Part shown: piece after piece, positions 24,193-37,500 of the stretch
How positions within the stretch are numbered: the first letter of the stretch is position 1
How the letters are laid out: each line of letters opens with the position of its first letter
Assembly: GCA_001179505.1 (NCBI GenBank)
Contig: CDMY01000405.1
Location: 323,127 to 387,126 of the forward strand
Direction: 5' to 3'
DNA length: 64,000 bases
Origin: Vitrella brassicaformis CCMP3155
Taxonomy: Eukaryota; Protista; Chromerida
Made by a program: the position numbers and the translations under genes
The notes under the pieces: model-generated
Told to the model about the DNA's origin: nothing
Seen by the model: only the letters and a program-made list of their open reading frames with translations
Database searches by the model: none

Positions 24193-24722
24193 CGTACCAG
24201 TCGCCACATCCCGCATCAACGACTGATTTGATGTCCTTTTGACGCAGAAAGTCTTCCAGCTGCAGGCGAAAGTTGTCTGTAGCTTCCTTGGTGCTGCCCG
24301 CGCCGCTGTGCCCCTTCCCGTCCTTGTTTCTTCCCCAGGCAGCCGAGCTGTAGATGAACGAGAAGGCGCCACGCAGCGCATTGGTCTCCTCCGGCTTGAT
24401 GGCAGCTTGGTCCGCCCCACTCGTGCCATCAGAGGGCTGCTGGACAGGCTGACCATTCTGCTGCTGTTGCTGTTGTGGGCAGACGGGACAGGTGAACTGA
24501 GGAAAAATGACACCATCGACGATGCTCAGGAATTGTCCATAGATCTGGCCCTATTGTGCTTACGTTGTACAGGTCCTGATCATTAGCATCTACCCTCACT
24601 AAGCGGCTGCAATCGCAGTTGTAATTCAGGCCGGTCCATCCCTGCCGCAGCAAAGATGCGTCGATGAAGATCACCAACACAACGGCCGCAAGAAACAGGA
24701 GTACGGCTGACCGCGCCTCCAT
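23535..24722 (-). CDS. Class I SAM-dependent methyltransferase with an N-terminal type II membrane anchor, multi-exon
   Basis: Anchor MEARSAVLLFLAAVVLVIFID, then FSFIYSSAAWG...HSGAGST, IKSVVDAGCGDW|EW (motif I), YTGVDVVPSVI and LLMSKDVLQHLP. Confidence 0.8.
24129..24190. repeat. Intronic (CT)n-(GT)n microsatellite, representative of dozens of (GT)n, (CTGT)n, (GA)n, (ATGG)n and (GTGTG)n tracts in introns and UTRs across the window
   Basis: Directly visible simple repeats, nearly always inside inferred introns or intergenic DNA. Confidence 0.9.
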
Positions 24723-24812
24723 TGGATTTGCAGCGTCGAGTTTACAGAGCTCACTGTAAATTGGGGAAGGGGAACATGAAACCAATGCAGCCGCTTGCCG
24801 TGAGTATGCAGG

Positions 24813-27116
24813 ATGCAGCCAAAAGTGAACCTGCAGCGCTTGGTGTCTGCATGTGTTGTGCCGTGTGTGTGCAGATCTGCGTTGTCGACAACATTTTCAA
24901 CGTTTGCATCGGTCACCGTGGTCACCACCATCAGCGTGCTGGTGAGAGCAACACAAGAGCCTTTTTTGCACCTTCACCTCTTTCTCCTCTCCCCCCCCTC
25001 TTGCAGCAATACGTGATCCCCGCCCGCAGCCGGAGTCCCTTCCGCATCATGTCATCGTTCGTGCGGAATGTGACCGATTGCCCCCCACAGCAGAAGCCAG
25101 ACCATCCTCATTCTCTCTCCCTGTCGTCAGCGGCAACGGTCCCATCCTCCATGTCAGCTCCATCCGTGGTGTCAGCATCATCACCTGAGCGGTTCATATA
25201 CGATGAGATCCGACAGGCTGACCGGACCCTCGTCAAGGAGCCTGGCATCTGTAGATACTGGTGATTGCAGGGAAAAAGAGAAGGCAGTATGCTTGCCGTG
25301 ATACGTTCGTTGCTGTGTGCGTGCAGGTTTGGCCTCCCATTTGTCGATCGCTGGCGGGGGTTCCGCGTGCAGATATGCCAAAGCCGACACAACAATGGCG
25401 AAAGCACACTGCAAAAGACCGGCAACTCCTCGCTGACATCCCCTGTGTCATCCATCAACTGCTTTTTGAGGAAGGGTGACTTCCCCTTCCCTCGGCTGAT
25501 GTGTGACTTCGTCGGTATCAAAGTGGCCGTATGGCAGTACGCGACGGGCGGCAAGGGCTGGGGCCCGCCCGGGGAAGATGAGTGGGAGGGAATCGACACC
25601 GGCTGCAGCCCTGACTTGCAGCTGGAAGATCCATCAGATATGACACACAGCCCTCCGTCCCGGTTTCTGTCGAAGCTGCACTATCAAGGCGACCCGAACG
25701 GTCATGGCGAGGTGACGTGCAATGAGAGCGAGTGGGTGAGGCATCCGGTGCTTGTGCTGGAGAGGTACAGAGAAGGAGCCCGTTATATGCTGCAATGTGT
25801 GTGCTGTGCTGTGCTGTATTGTATTGTATTGTATTGTATGGGTGTGTGCAGGTGGGACCCGACAAACAACAACCAGTTCCATCTTGATGCGGGTATCTAG
25901 ATGAGACAGTAGAAAAACTTGGTGGGACGACAAATGCCTGCATTGTGTCGGGTGCAGTTGGGTCTTTCATTGCCTTGGCTGTGGCTGGGGTGTCGCCCTT
26001 TGAGACACAATTCCTTGCAAGTAATTACATACAGCAAAGAATGGACGAGACACATCTTTGTCTTCCGCGCCTTGTGTGGGGGGGAATGCAGTCGACAAGC
26101 AGCCGCCCGGCCATTACGTCGACTTCTGGAGGAGTGTCTTCCCCTCCTACCCCCCCGTCTTCCTGGGCACCTCCCCGTCGCCAGCCACCCAGCGGTTCTA
26201 CGAGGGGAAGCTGTGCTTCTCGCGTCTGGCCTTCGGCGCCCACGGAGGAGTGGGGCTGATGAACCTCGAGTGGCAGAAGCAAGCAGCAGACAAGGTGCTC
26301 CTGCGCGGCAACTCCCCTGCGACCTTCCATCCACTGGGCAAAGGACATTCCAACATCTGTGGCTCGGCCATCATGCACGCCTTCCGCGCTCACGTGCTGA
26401 CGGCCCTCAGTCTCTCCAAGGACCGAGACACTGATCAAGTGGATGGGGGAGACAGCAGCAACAGCACTGTGGAGGTGTTGGAAGAAAGGCAGCTGAGCAG
26501 CACGACCACCGTGGCAATGATGGATGAGTTTGTGCGGCACCGATGGCAGTGGCCCCCAGGCGTCAGAGGCGCATCCTGTGGCTCAGCAGACGGCCATACC
26601 CACAACTCTTCGACAAGGCGGCGGGCCGGGTCCATAATTACAAACCAGACAGACAGGTGACCCACAAATGCTTCACTTCAGAAGCAAATATCGTTTGTGT
26701 GTGTGTTATGATGGGGGACGGGGCAGGTGGGCAACGAGAAGGAGCTGCTGGTGTCTCTCCGGGAGTCTTTGGACAAGGCAGCAACAACCGACAGCCGCTT
26801 CTCTGGGTGGCAGATAGACAACTTCAACCCTGGTGAGCACCGGTTCCGGGACCAAGCTTTGATGGCGGCCGCGGCTGACATCCTGGTGGGCGTGCACGGG
26901 GCGGGCCTGACTCTCTGCATATACATGCGGAACGGTTCGGCGGTGATCGAGATGTTCGGGGGCAATCGCGGGCCTGGCAACAGGCAATTCCACACGACCT
27001 GTGCGAAGGTGGGCCACCGACGGTGGGAGATGCACGAGTCGCTGCAGCATGTGGCGCCCGAGAAGGTGTGGGAGCCGGTGCGGCAGGCCATTGAGCAGCT
27101 GGATGCTCTCGAGTGA
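24813..27116 (+). CDS. GT61 (DUF563 / EOGT-like) glycosyltransferase, multi-exon; start uncertain (24776 or 24813); apparent frameshift at 26553-26557
   Basis: Contains HPVLVLER|WDPTN..QFH, RILWLSRRPY...RQ and the C-terminal DQALMAAAADILVGVHGAGLTLCIYMRNGSAVIEMF, the GT61 signature HGAGL. Confidence 0.8.
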
Positions 27117-27634
27117 GTGGAGCGTGGGGGAGGGTGAGGTGGGGTTTCTGTGTGGCATGTGGAGATAGGCTCTGTCTTTGTGCGAGAGACGCGAGTCAGC
27201 CGACGTGCGTGTGTGCGATGGATGGATGGATGGATGCATCGATGGGTGGAGATCGATGGATGCGCCGTTTCTTCAGTTCTGAAGGCACATGCAGCATGCG
27301 AGGCATGACTATTCATCCATCTCTTTATTCACACACACACGTACACACACCGGGGGGTTTGGTTTGTCCACCCGACATCATACCACCATATGAATGCACC
27401 GGCTGGCTGACAAATACATGCAGCCAGGGGGAGGCTGACAACCACAGGACCATGGAAGGATAAATAATACCAGACAGGCTCACGCGAGGTCTTTGTCAGC
27501 TGCTGTGATTGACATGCTCAGCACACACAGACAGACATACAAATGCAGACAGCTACCAAAACAGCTACAAATAGATACATAGATACATAGGCACACACAC
27601 ACATACGCACACGTGGTGTCTCATCCGTTCGTCG

Positions 27635-30600
27635 TCAAGATCGCCATCCCATGACTTCCTTCCACTCCGAAAGGTTGGCTACATGGATGTGCTCGCCATT
27701 GCGGTACACCCTCGGCCCCCGCCCATCGACGAAATACCGCGGGTCGGTGCCACCCAACAGCACAGGATACCTGTGTAGTGCACGACAACCAGTAGTAGTA
27801 CACAGACAGACGCATTGCATTGACTGTGGTCGTCAGTCATCCTTCATCCACCGACCTGTGTGGGTTGCAGGCGACGAACCATGGCAGCTGACGCACCTGA
27901 CGGATGGTCATGGTAGGAAAGAAGCAGCAGTGTGGGCACTGCAGCGGACTGACTGACCTTCAAGATGTCGTATTCTGGCCCAAGCTGCAGGCAGTGCGGT
28001 GCGCCCACATGAAAAAAAACAGACACCACACAGACCACACAGACAGTCACCTGTGTCCCTCCTGTCCGTAGTAGGGCTGGTTGGTGGACTGACTGACTTT
28101 GGCTGACCTGATCCGGGGGCACGTATCTCGGCATGAAATCCCTGCAAGCCATCCCATCAGTAAGTACATCAGGCAACGATACATGTACACCACCACCATA
28201 CTTGTCTCTCACCTGGTCCACCCCTCATGCCACAGCCGCCTCTGTGCCCACTCCACCCGCGCCTCCCACACACTCAGCGATCGATTAGTGTCACGCAGAG
28301 ACGACAACACAGCGGCAGCGCTTTTGTCTGTCCCTTCCAGTAATCTCCGGCGCAGTGCACGTCTGTTCGATGATGCGATGGGGCGGCCCCAGAGGACCCT
28401 CTGAATGGCACTGAGCAGCCGCTGGGCGGGGCCACGCTGCTCAGGCGGGATGCGATTGTATATATCTGCCGGCATGTTGCTCAGGCCGCTGCCGAATAGT
28501 GACTCCCCGAAGGCGGGCGAGTCCTGGGCGTAGATCTGCCCAAAGCCCTCGCCATAGGAGGTGACTGAAAGAGGGGACAGCGCATGGACATGTCTCATGC
28601 GCCGGATGGATGGCGGCTGACGTGTGTGTGTCGTGACATACGTACACTTGAGGAAGAGGAAGGGCTGGAACGCGTAGTCTGTCAGATGCCAGCTGAAGGC
28701 ACATGCACACATGCACACAGGCGAACACACAAAGAGGACAATACACACAGTGCCAGCGGTGTCTGTCTGTCTGTCTGTCTGTGTGTGTGTGCTGGTTGGC
28801 CAGCTGACCCGCCATACAGCATGTGCGGCCCTGACGCCCTGTACACAAAGCCCTCACTCTTCGCCACCACAAAGGGCTGCACACCACACCACACCACACC
28901 ACACCACAGCACAAAACACGTTACAAGACCGTGCTCCAGCCGAGTCGAGCCGGCTGTGCATCCGTCCGCTGACTTACGACGACACTGATCCTGGGAATGG
29001 AGGCGTGGTCGAGGTTGAGCTGCATGTGGATGTCCTTGAAGCGAGAAAAAACCAGATTGAAGTGGCCCGCCCAGCTGAGGATGGCGAAGCCGCTCTTGGC
29101 CGCCGGGTCCACCCGCTCGCAGTGCCTGACCAGCTTGACCACATCGCCCGCGGGGATCTACACGGAGGCACGCACGCAGAATGCAACCAGACAGACAGAC
29201 AGGTAGAGCGACAAATGATGGCAGACAGGCAGACAGACACGCACAGACACGCAATGGGTGTCTTGTCTTGTCCGGACGGACCTCGTCGGAGTCGGACATG
29301 ATGACTATGTCATGGTCGTGTCTTAGGTATCTATACCCCTCGTCCTCGTTTCTCTTGAGGAACTGCCGCATCACCTCATCTCGCGCCCAGCTCTGCGTGG
29401 CCCAACTGAGCGCATTGGGCGCAGAACTGACCATCAGTGAAGGGAGAGCGTGCGTGTGTGTGCGATTGTGTGCTTACACACCAGCTTTGGCTTTCTTGGT
29501 GGGGGCACTTGGACGACTGGCCCTCCATCGTCGCTTTGTCGAGCTCAATGGCCATGATGCGATCCTTCAAATGGGCAAACCTGTGCAGGCCATTGAAGAG
29601 AAGGCGGCATACACCACACCAATTGCTGTATGCCACCACACACACACACACACACCGACCCACCTGGCATTCGACTCCAGCGCCTCCTTCATGACCAGAG
29701 GCTTGGCCAAACCCGTCGTCGATATGCGACTTAACACGAACACACACACACATACACACACGCACACACCGCAGGCGGTCACGACACATACACGACGGCG
29801 ATGGGTCGGTGTTTCCTCCACCGTACCTTTCGCCGACGACAAACAGATCTACGACGTGACGCAGCTCCTCAAACCGAATCTCAGCAATGTCTGCCAGACC
29901 AACACACACACACACACACACACACACGTGCCATTAGCTGCAGGCAGGCAGGCAGGATGCCCCCCTGTTACCCACCCAGGTCGTATCCAAAGTAGAAAAC
30001 GGCTACGATTCTCCTCGGCTCTGCAAGTGCCTTGCCGGTGAACATACCCAGGTGCCGATCGTTGGCAGAGCAGTCGGCCTCTGTGAATGTGGTGTAGTTG
30101 GCGGGCGGCCCACACGTCGTGTTCAGGGGTTGCAGGGGCGGGGCCATCACATACGTCGTCATGGCGTCCAGCACCACCTGCTGCAGCTCTGATTGCAGGA
30201 GAGGGCAAGTCAATCACTCACTGTCTGCCTGTGCACTCTGCTGTACACGGATCAAGTGCGTCGCTAGGTACGGTACCATGTGGTGCCTTCGGCCGGTAGG
30301 CCCTCTTTGGGATGTCAGCCCAGTCGAGATGCTCCAGTGCGCCGACGTATGACGGGTAGAAAGATCCACCCGATTCCTCAGGCTCGGCAGCACCTGCACC
30401 CATAGCCTCAGGGACAGCCGTTGACGTCTTGACATGAAGCCGCGGCGGTTCGCGAAGAGAAGAGGGAATGGTGGACTGAACTCGGCACACAGGAAGGGAA
30501 GGAGAGCAGACAGCTAGATACCCCACACACAGCTCGCTGTTGCGGCCTTACGATTCGGTCGTAGAAGGAGGAGTCGAGCAGATCGGGACCGAGAGGCCCA

Positions 30601-30928
30601 TACAGGACTCGGTGGCCGAGAATGAACAACAGAAAGGTGCCCGCAGCGATAGACAGAACCAGGTTCTGAAGGAAGCCACACAGAGGGCGCAAAACAGTGG
30701 GCAGCGTCGTGAGCGTGACGACGCTGTTGTGTACCGTACCCTCTTCTTGGCATTGTGGTCGAGCGCCTTGCCAGCGACGTGCTCTCTCTGGGGCTGAGGT
30801 GGCAGATCTGCCTGTGTGAGATCTTTTTTCCTGCTGGCCGGCTCATTAGGGTCAGGTGGTGCGAGGTAGATGAGGTCGTCAGTGCTGCTGTCAGAGTCGC
30901 TGTCCGACGTGTTGCGCCCGTCCCTCAT
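27635..30928 (-). CDS. GT17 (MGAT3-like beta-1,4-GlcNAc transferase) family glycosyltransferase, type II membrane protein, multi-exon
   Basis: TM segment NLVLSIAAGTFLLFILG, then RRIVAVFYFGYDL|DIAEIRFEELRHVVDLFVVGES.ISTTGLAKPL, DIVIMSDSDEV (DxD motif), GWHLT and LPWFVACNPHRYP. Confidence 0.8.
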
Positions 30929-31167
30929 CTCACAGGGGTGGACACATAAAATTTACATCGACAGAAATAATAGCACCCGATGCATTTCGAAGCTCACAAA
31001 CAAGTTAGGCTCTAATAGACACGGACACTGTCACTATTTGCCCCCCATAAAGTGACCACAGCCATTTATTCCTCAACGCTTCACGCCACACAGCAGCATC
31101 AACTCACTCACCGGCCTACCTTCGACCACCCACCGCCCGTTTGACATCTCGTCAGTCAGTCAGTCAG

Positions 31168-34100
31168 TCAGAAGATGAGCTCCAGCGGCCCCTCCAGCAC
31201 AATGCCTTCGTCTCTGACATCCTGCACAAACACGTCCTGCAGCCGACCCTCCACCGACATGCCGCCCACGTACCACAGCCCCGCACCCTCACGACCATCG
31301 CCCCTCATCACACTCACGGTTGGCCCATCGGGCTGCGGCTGCTGCGTGCCGTCCATGGGCGCGGCGTTGCCTGGTGAGTCGTCGTCGATGACGACCACCT
31401 CGGGCGCTGCTGCTGCTGCTGAGGGTGGGCGGGGAGGTGCCACAAAGGGGAGGGAGGGGATGGCTGTCCATGGGCTGTCGCTGCGGGACTGGCCTTCTAA
31501 CAACCTAAAGGAGAGAGGGGGAGAGGTAGATATGAATGGGCTCAGCTCAGCTCAGCTCAGCTTACTGCTGTCTGACGGCGTCGAGCACGACGTTGGATAG
31601 CTTGGCTTTGAAGGGCGGCTTGAGCATCATGGTCACGTGCGGCACACGACCAGCCAACACGGGCAGCCCATCCACACTCTGACCCTCACCACCACCGCCA
31701 CCGCCACCTGCACCAGCCGGAGCAGCGGCAGCAGCAGCAGCAGCAGCGGCAGCAGCGGCAGGTGCCTGAGCTCCACTGTCCCCCTCAGCGGCGTTTTGTT
31801 CGTCGACATCCATGGCGTCGTTGCCAGCCACACTCGGGGGTGGGGAGGGGGAGGGCGACCTGCGGGGGAGGGGGCCGTTGTTGTTGAATATGGGGTCGGA
31901 CGGCATGCTGATGGGGTACAGGAGGCCCTCGGGCTCCACTGCCGCCACCACGAGCATGTCGGTGGCCAGGATGAGGTGCGTGACACGGAGGGGGTAGACC
32001 TGACCCTGCACACACACATAGCATACATCGAATAGAGCGAGGGAGTATTGTATTCGGTGCATCCATCTCTTGCTGTGTGTTGTCTTGTGTTGTGTGCTTG
32101 TGGGTGCTGACTGACCCTCTTGTCCTTTGCTGTCTGCAGCGCATGGCTGTCGGCGTATCGCCTCGAGCAACCGAAGAAGAATGTCGTCATGTGCAGCGAC
32201 GGAACCCAGTTGAAACCCTGCAAACAAGCAAAGCAACACACGGACGGATGCATTGAGTTGAGCAGCATTACCATTGAGAAAAACCACTTCCACATCAACC
32301 TAACCTCTCTCCCCTCTCCCAGAGGGCAGGCAGGCTACCTGCAGCATTTGGCTGCCGTCGATGGCCAAGTGTGGAAATGCCCTCTCCATCCGCCTCACGA
32401 GCGTCCGCACGGCGTTGTCCAGCACGCCGCGGCAGCCTATCAGGTCGATGCCTGCATACACCGGCACGGAGGGCGGCGGCGGGGCGGGCGCCAGGGAGGG
32501 GAAGAGGGCCCCGGAGGGGTCGGAGGCGATGGCGCGGTCGGCATCGTCATAGATGGTCCGGAGGGAGGCGACCATCTTGCCGTAGTTGACGTCGACCTGC
32601 ATGGGCGAAGGACGGAGGCAGATAGATGAGTGTAATTAAGGGGAATTAATTGAGGCAGGCTGCGTTTACTTGTGTTTTGATGAGCTCTGGGGTGTCGGGA
32701 GACCGCTGGGTGGTCAGCATGTGGTTTATCGACTCGTAAATGGTCATGTTCTGCACACACACCACACCGAACACACACATATGCACATTCCCACACGGCG
32801 GCTATTTCTTTCTCCGTACCTTTGGGTTGTCCTCAAAGGGTCTGAAGTCGACCAGCGCCTCCCTCACCAGCCGCCGGACATTCCCCCACCACTCATCGCC
32901 CTCACCCTCACCCTCACCCACCCCCTCGCCCACACCCACACCCACGCCACCATCGCCCCGCATCCATCGGGGCTGCGACGTGTCGACGGCCACCACCCTG
33001 TCGATGCCATCTCGCTGCATGGCCCGCTGCGACATGTCAGTGTACCCCCGGTAGAGGGAGAAGAACGACAGGACGATGTGCACTCCCCGCGGGCCCGCCA
33101 GGGTGGGGTGGTCGGTGCGGGAGACCACACGCGCCAGGCCCTCGATGAGGGTGTCGAGGGCCCATGGGAAGGGCCAGGGGCCGTGCTGCGCCAGGAGCTG
33201 GTCGAACGAGCCAGGGGAAGGGACCCGGCAACCTGGGAAAAGAAGAGATGGATATGTGCACTACATCCTGAATGACTCGCTTCTTCTCTTCCTCACCTGC
33301 CGGGATTTCCCCAACAGCCCCGGTCTGTGTGGCGTTCGGTGGCAGGATGAGCATGGCCACCACCAGATTGACTCGGGGCACCACCACGCCCTCACTCTCA
33401 CCCTGACCCTGACCCTCACCCACCGCCCCCTCGCCATTCCTCTCCTCCTTCTCCCTTCGCCGCGCGTCGCTCTCCAGCTGCCGGTTCAGCCTGCCCACAA
33501 GAGTCCTCAGGTACGACGCCTGCCTCGCTATCGCACTGGGCGGGTGGTTCTTATCGACGATCAGCGCCACACGGCCGCCAGGGGGGAGAGTCCACGACGG
33601 CTGGCCAGGGCCGCTACTCCCCGGCCGCTGTGGCTTAGCCTCCGGCAGGTTGGGCCGCATCTTGCCGCCCTCGTATGTGTTGGCTGCCGCTGGTAGTGGC
33701 ATGGAGCCGTTTGGCTGTGGCTGCAGTGGTGGGAGGCCGATGAGCGTGCGCAGGACGTTGCTGGCCTCTACGTCGGCCTGGACCATGTCTTGCTGGATCT
33801 GCTCTGAGAGGTAGCCGTCGGGCGGGGACGGCAAGATGGCCGGCCGCAGCTGGTCGAAGAAACGCTCCACGGCAGTGTTGAGCCGCTGGGAGCCTGGAAA
33901 GACACACACACACGGAGGGAAAGGGGGGAGAGAGAGACGAGGAGAGGAGATCAGGTAGGTGATGGGAGCCACCCAGCCAGCCACCCACCTGTGGATGCTG
34001 CTTGTTTGAAGGTTGGCTGAGGCACATCGGCCATCGGGTTGTAACCACGCTCACGCAACGCCTGACACACAAGAATATGCAGTGCAATTGAAGAGCCTCC

Positions 34101-35203
34101 CTGCCTCCCTGCCTGGCTGTATCCCTGTGTAGTACCTTGGCAGTGAACTCATCGGAGGACGCATAGAATAGACAGTCGCACAACGAGCCCTCCGGCCGCT
34201 CCCCGCCCTCCGGCGGCATCAATAGCACCTCTGAAAAGAAGACACAGAGGAGCAAAACACACACACATCCCCACTCAGTAGCGAGATGGACAGCAGAATC
34301 CCCCCCTCTCCCTCCCCCTCCGGACCTGGCCCCCCGGTGGTATTGTCCCTCTGCAGCATGCGCGACGTTTCGTTGACCCATCTCTGCAGCAGTGTCGACT
34401 TGCCCGACCCGGGAAAGCCCACGGGAAACAGCGCCAGGACCGTCGCCGCACACTCATACTTGGCAGGGGAGGGGGCGTACGGGGCCAGTGAGGGGGGCGG
34501 GGGCGGCGCATTGCTCGCCAGCCGCTCCCGGAGGGCCGACGCGGCTCTGCTGATCACCTGCAGACACACAACATGGGAAGGTGTTTGTTGCGGGTTGGTT
34601 CTGTCAGTCAGTCACTGCCTCACCCACCCCACCTGAATGGCGTCGTCCCCCTCTTGTCCCTCCTTGGGCACCCCCGAGAGTGCGACACAGCAAGGCCACA
34701 TGCTGGCGGCCTCCTCGGCCAGCTCCCGCCACTTGTCGAGCATCACCCCCGCCATCGCCCGCTGGTTCACCACCACGTCCGTCTCGCCGTTCCACTGCAC
34801 AGGCGGCTCCACACGGCCCGCCACGTCGCCCACAGAGGGTCGGGCGGCGGTGTCCGTCATGGCCGTGGGTGATGTGGCTGTGGCTGTGGCGTGCTGCAGC
34901 CGCCTGAGGGACTCCTGCACGCCCTGTATGTCATATCCCCAGAAGACGTTGACGATGTGCCGGTCCCGGAGGGCGGCGATGCGGTCGTCGTCCTTGTTGG
35001 TTTTGCCTCTGCCGCCCCTGTTGCTGTTGACGTCGGTGTTGAGCTTGAGGGCGCTGTCGATGGTCTTGGGGATGTGATTCATGTGCAGCGCGTCCCACCC
35101 CGTGGACACACGGCTGTGCACGCCCTGCACCACACGATTGGAAAAGGGCTCCAGCGAATCTGCACACACATACACACACACACACACACACGCACACACG
35201 CAC

Positions 35204-35235
<32 letters not shown>

Positions 35236-35658
35236 TTGTGTGCTGGTGGGTCACTTGGCTCACCGCCTCTCTGGTCGGGTGCCTTTTCATGTGGCGGAAG
35301 CGTGAGTGTCTCCTTGAGCTTGGCGACCAGCCCCACGGGCAGCAGCAGTGGCGGGCAGATGATGTTGACGCACACGCCCCTGCCGGCCCTGGGCCCCTCC
35401 CCTCCTCGGTGCATCTGTTTGACGGCCTCTGCGTTGCCCTTGACCATCTGCATGAAGTCGAGGAACCGGTTGTCCACCTCGTCCACGTCCATCTGCCGCC
35501 AATGGCCCTCCACATGCCTGTGGAGGCGGGAAGGACAGGAGTGACAAACAAACGTGATTAACTGATCTCTCTCTCTCTCTCTCTCTTTCTCACCTGACAC
35601 ACATCTCATAGAGTGTCTCAAACTCCTCCCGGCTCCCCTCGCCCCCGGCACCACCCTC

Positions 35659-35694
<36 letters not shown>

Positions 35695-36371
35695 CCGTGC
35701 CCTAAGCATGGGCTCCCACTGCTGCATGTCGCCCCTGAACGAGTCCACCTCCTCAGCACACAGGTCCCGCAGCCGCCCCCCGTTGCCGGCCACGCTCTTG
35801 GCCTTTGGGATGAACCTCTTGAGCCGCTCGCGCATCCGCCGTAGAATGCGGTAGTCGACCGACTTGAACTTGCCGATGCCAAGGACAGACTGAGAGGGTT
35901 GGGGGCGGGAGGGGGGAGGGACGGCGACGAGGTAGATGACGACGCCTTCCCCGACGGAGGCCAGGGGGCTGGCCTCCACGTTGTCGCGCAGCGCCTCGAT
36001 CATCGACATCAGCTGCCACGACGACCGGACGGTCTCCCCCACCTGACAAACACACACACACACACACACAGCACCAGGTATTGTCACTCCTCGTTCGGCT
36101 CTCCCCTCCCCTCTGCATGGCATCAACGCACCCACCTGTTTGCAGCCGACTGCATTGAGTCCGTGGTTCTTGAGCATGGCCTGCGTCTTCTGCGGCGGCC
36201 AGCACTGCTCGACGCCGTCTGAGGGCACGGCAGCGTACCAGACCAGGCCGAGAGTGTCGTAGGCCACGAGATGCTGCCGCTCAGACACACCCACCAGCTC
36301 CCCTATCAATGTGGCCGACGACAGGTCGCTCTTCAGACATGACAGCTGCACAGACAGACAGAGAGGGGGCG

Positions 36372-36402
<31 letters not shown>

Positions 36403-37500
36403 GTCGCCATCAAGCATACCTGCCGTGCGTCGAGTCGTTCAATGTCTGCAAACCAGGCCTGGGCGATCTTGCGGGCGAAGCCGTAGCGCTGCTCGCTGTA
36501 CTGGGGCGAGAATATGTCGGTGCGGCCCCGGGCAAGCAGCGCCACGTTCTTGGAGGCGATCACCCACGCCTCAAGCACCGTCGAATAAGACACCTGCACA
36601 CACACACACACACACACACATATATGTGCTGCAGTGACTGAACCTGCGTGTGTCTTCTTGTTTCTGACCTGGGCGTTCTCTCCGTTGGCTTTGTCTAGCT
36701 GAAACAGCTGCAGTTGCCACCCCGCCCTGAGTGCCTCGGTGATCCTCACGGCCCACTGTGCTGCGATCTTCTCCGCCTGCCCCTGTGCGGGCGGCATGGC
36801 CGTCACATCGGCCATGGCGCTGCATTGGGAGAGGTAACTCGACAGCAGGGACGTGTTGACGTCGAAGAACTTCGGGAGACCTCTGTGGGCCGGGCGGCAG
36901 ACAGACAGACAGACAGACAGGCAGACAAGTGCTCAGTGGTGCGATGGACGATGTGTGAGAGGATGTACACGTGTCTGGTCTCATCTCCCACATGTACCTA
37001 CCTCCTGATTATCTGGGGTTCCCCGTCGGCATTCCGCAACAGCGAGCACCCACGACGCAGTACAAACTGCATGCACACACACCACACAACCGCAGACAGT
37101 CGCATCCCTCACCGCGTTTTTGCCCATTTGCCCGTTGGTCACCCACCTGTAGTTCCTGATCTTCGGCGTAGAGGTCATTCTCGCCCGCTTTAGACTTGAT
37201 GGACACGTCGCAGACCTTCCACCCCTCGCCCGCCACGGGCACGCCTCGCTGCACCACCGACACGGCACTGCCCCGACGTTGCACCCACTGCCACAGATCA
37301 CGGCCCGTAGAGGCCACAGATCCAACTTGGTTGGACCGAAGGGCGGTGGTCATGACGGTGATCGGACGGCTGGTGGTCAGCAGGGTGTGGGAGCGGGAGG
37401 AGGGTGGAAATGGGGTGAGGGAGAAGGCCGATGTGAGGCTGATGGTTGATCTGCTGATGGCGAGTATCGTGACGATGTGGATGCATGCAGGACCGCACAT
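31168..37500 (-). CDS. Trifunctional Trl1/plant-RNL-type RNA (tRNA) ligase: adenylyltransferase, polynucleotide kinase and 2H cyclic phosphodiesterase, with an N-terminal bipartite-like leader
   Basis: Ligase motifs: RGLPKFFD, motif I KANGE, motif Ia IASKN, motif III IGEL...QHLVAY, motif IV EGVVIY, motif V KFKSVDY. Kinase motifs: P-loop GFPGSGKST, LIVDKNHP and RVVSRTDHPTL...LSFFSLY. CPDase motifs: LHMTTF and PHVTM. Confidence 0.82.
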
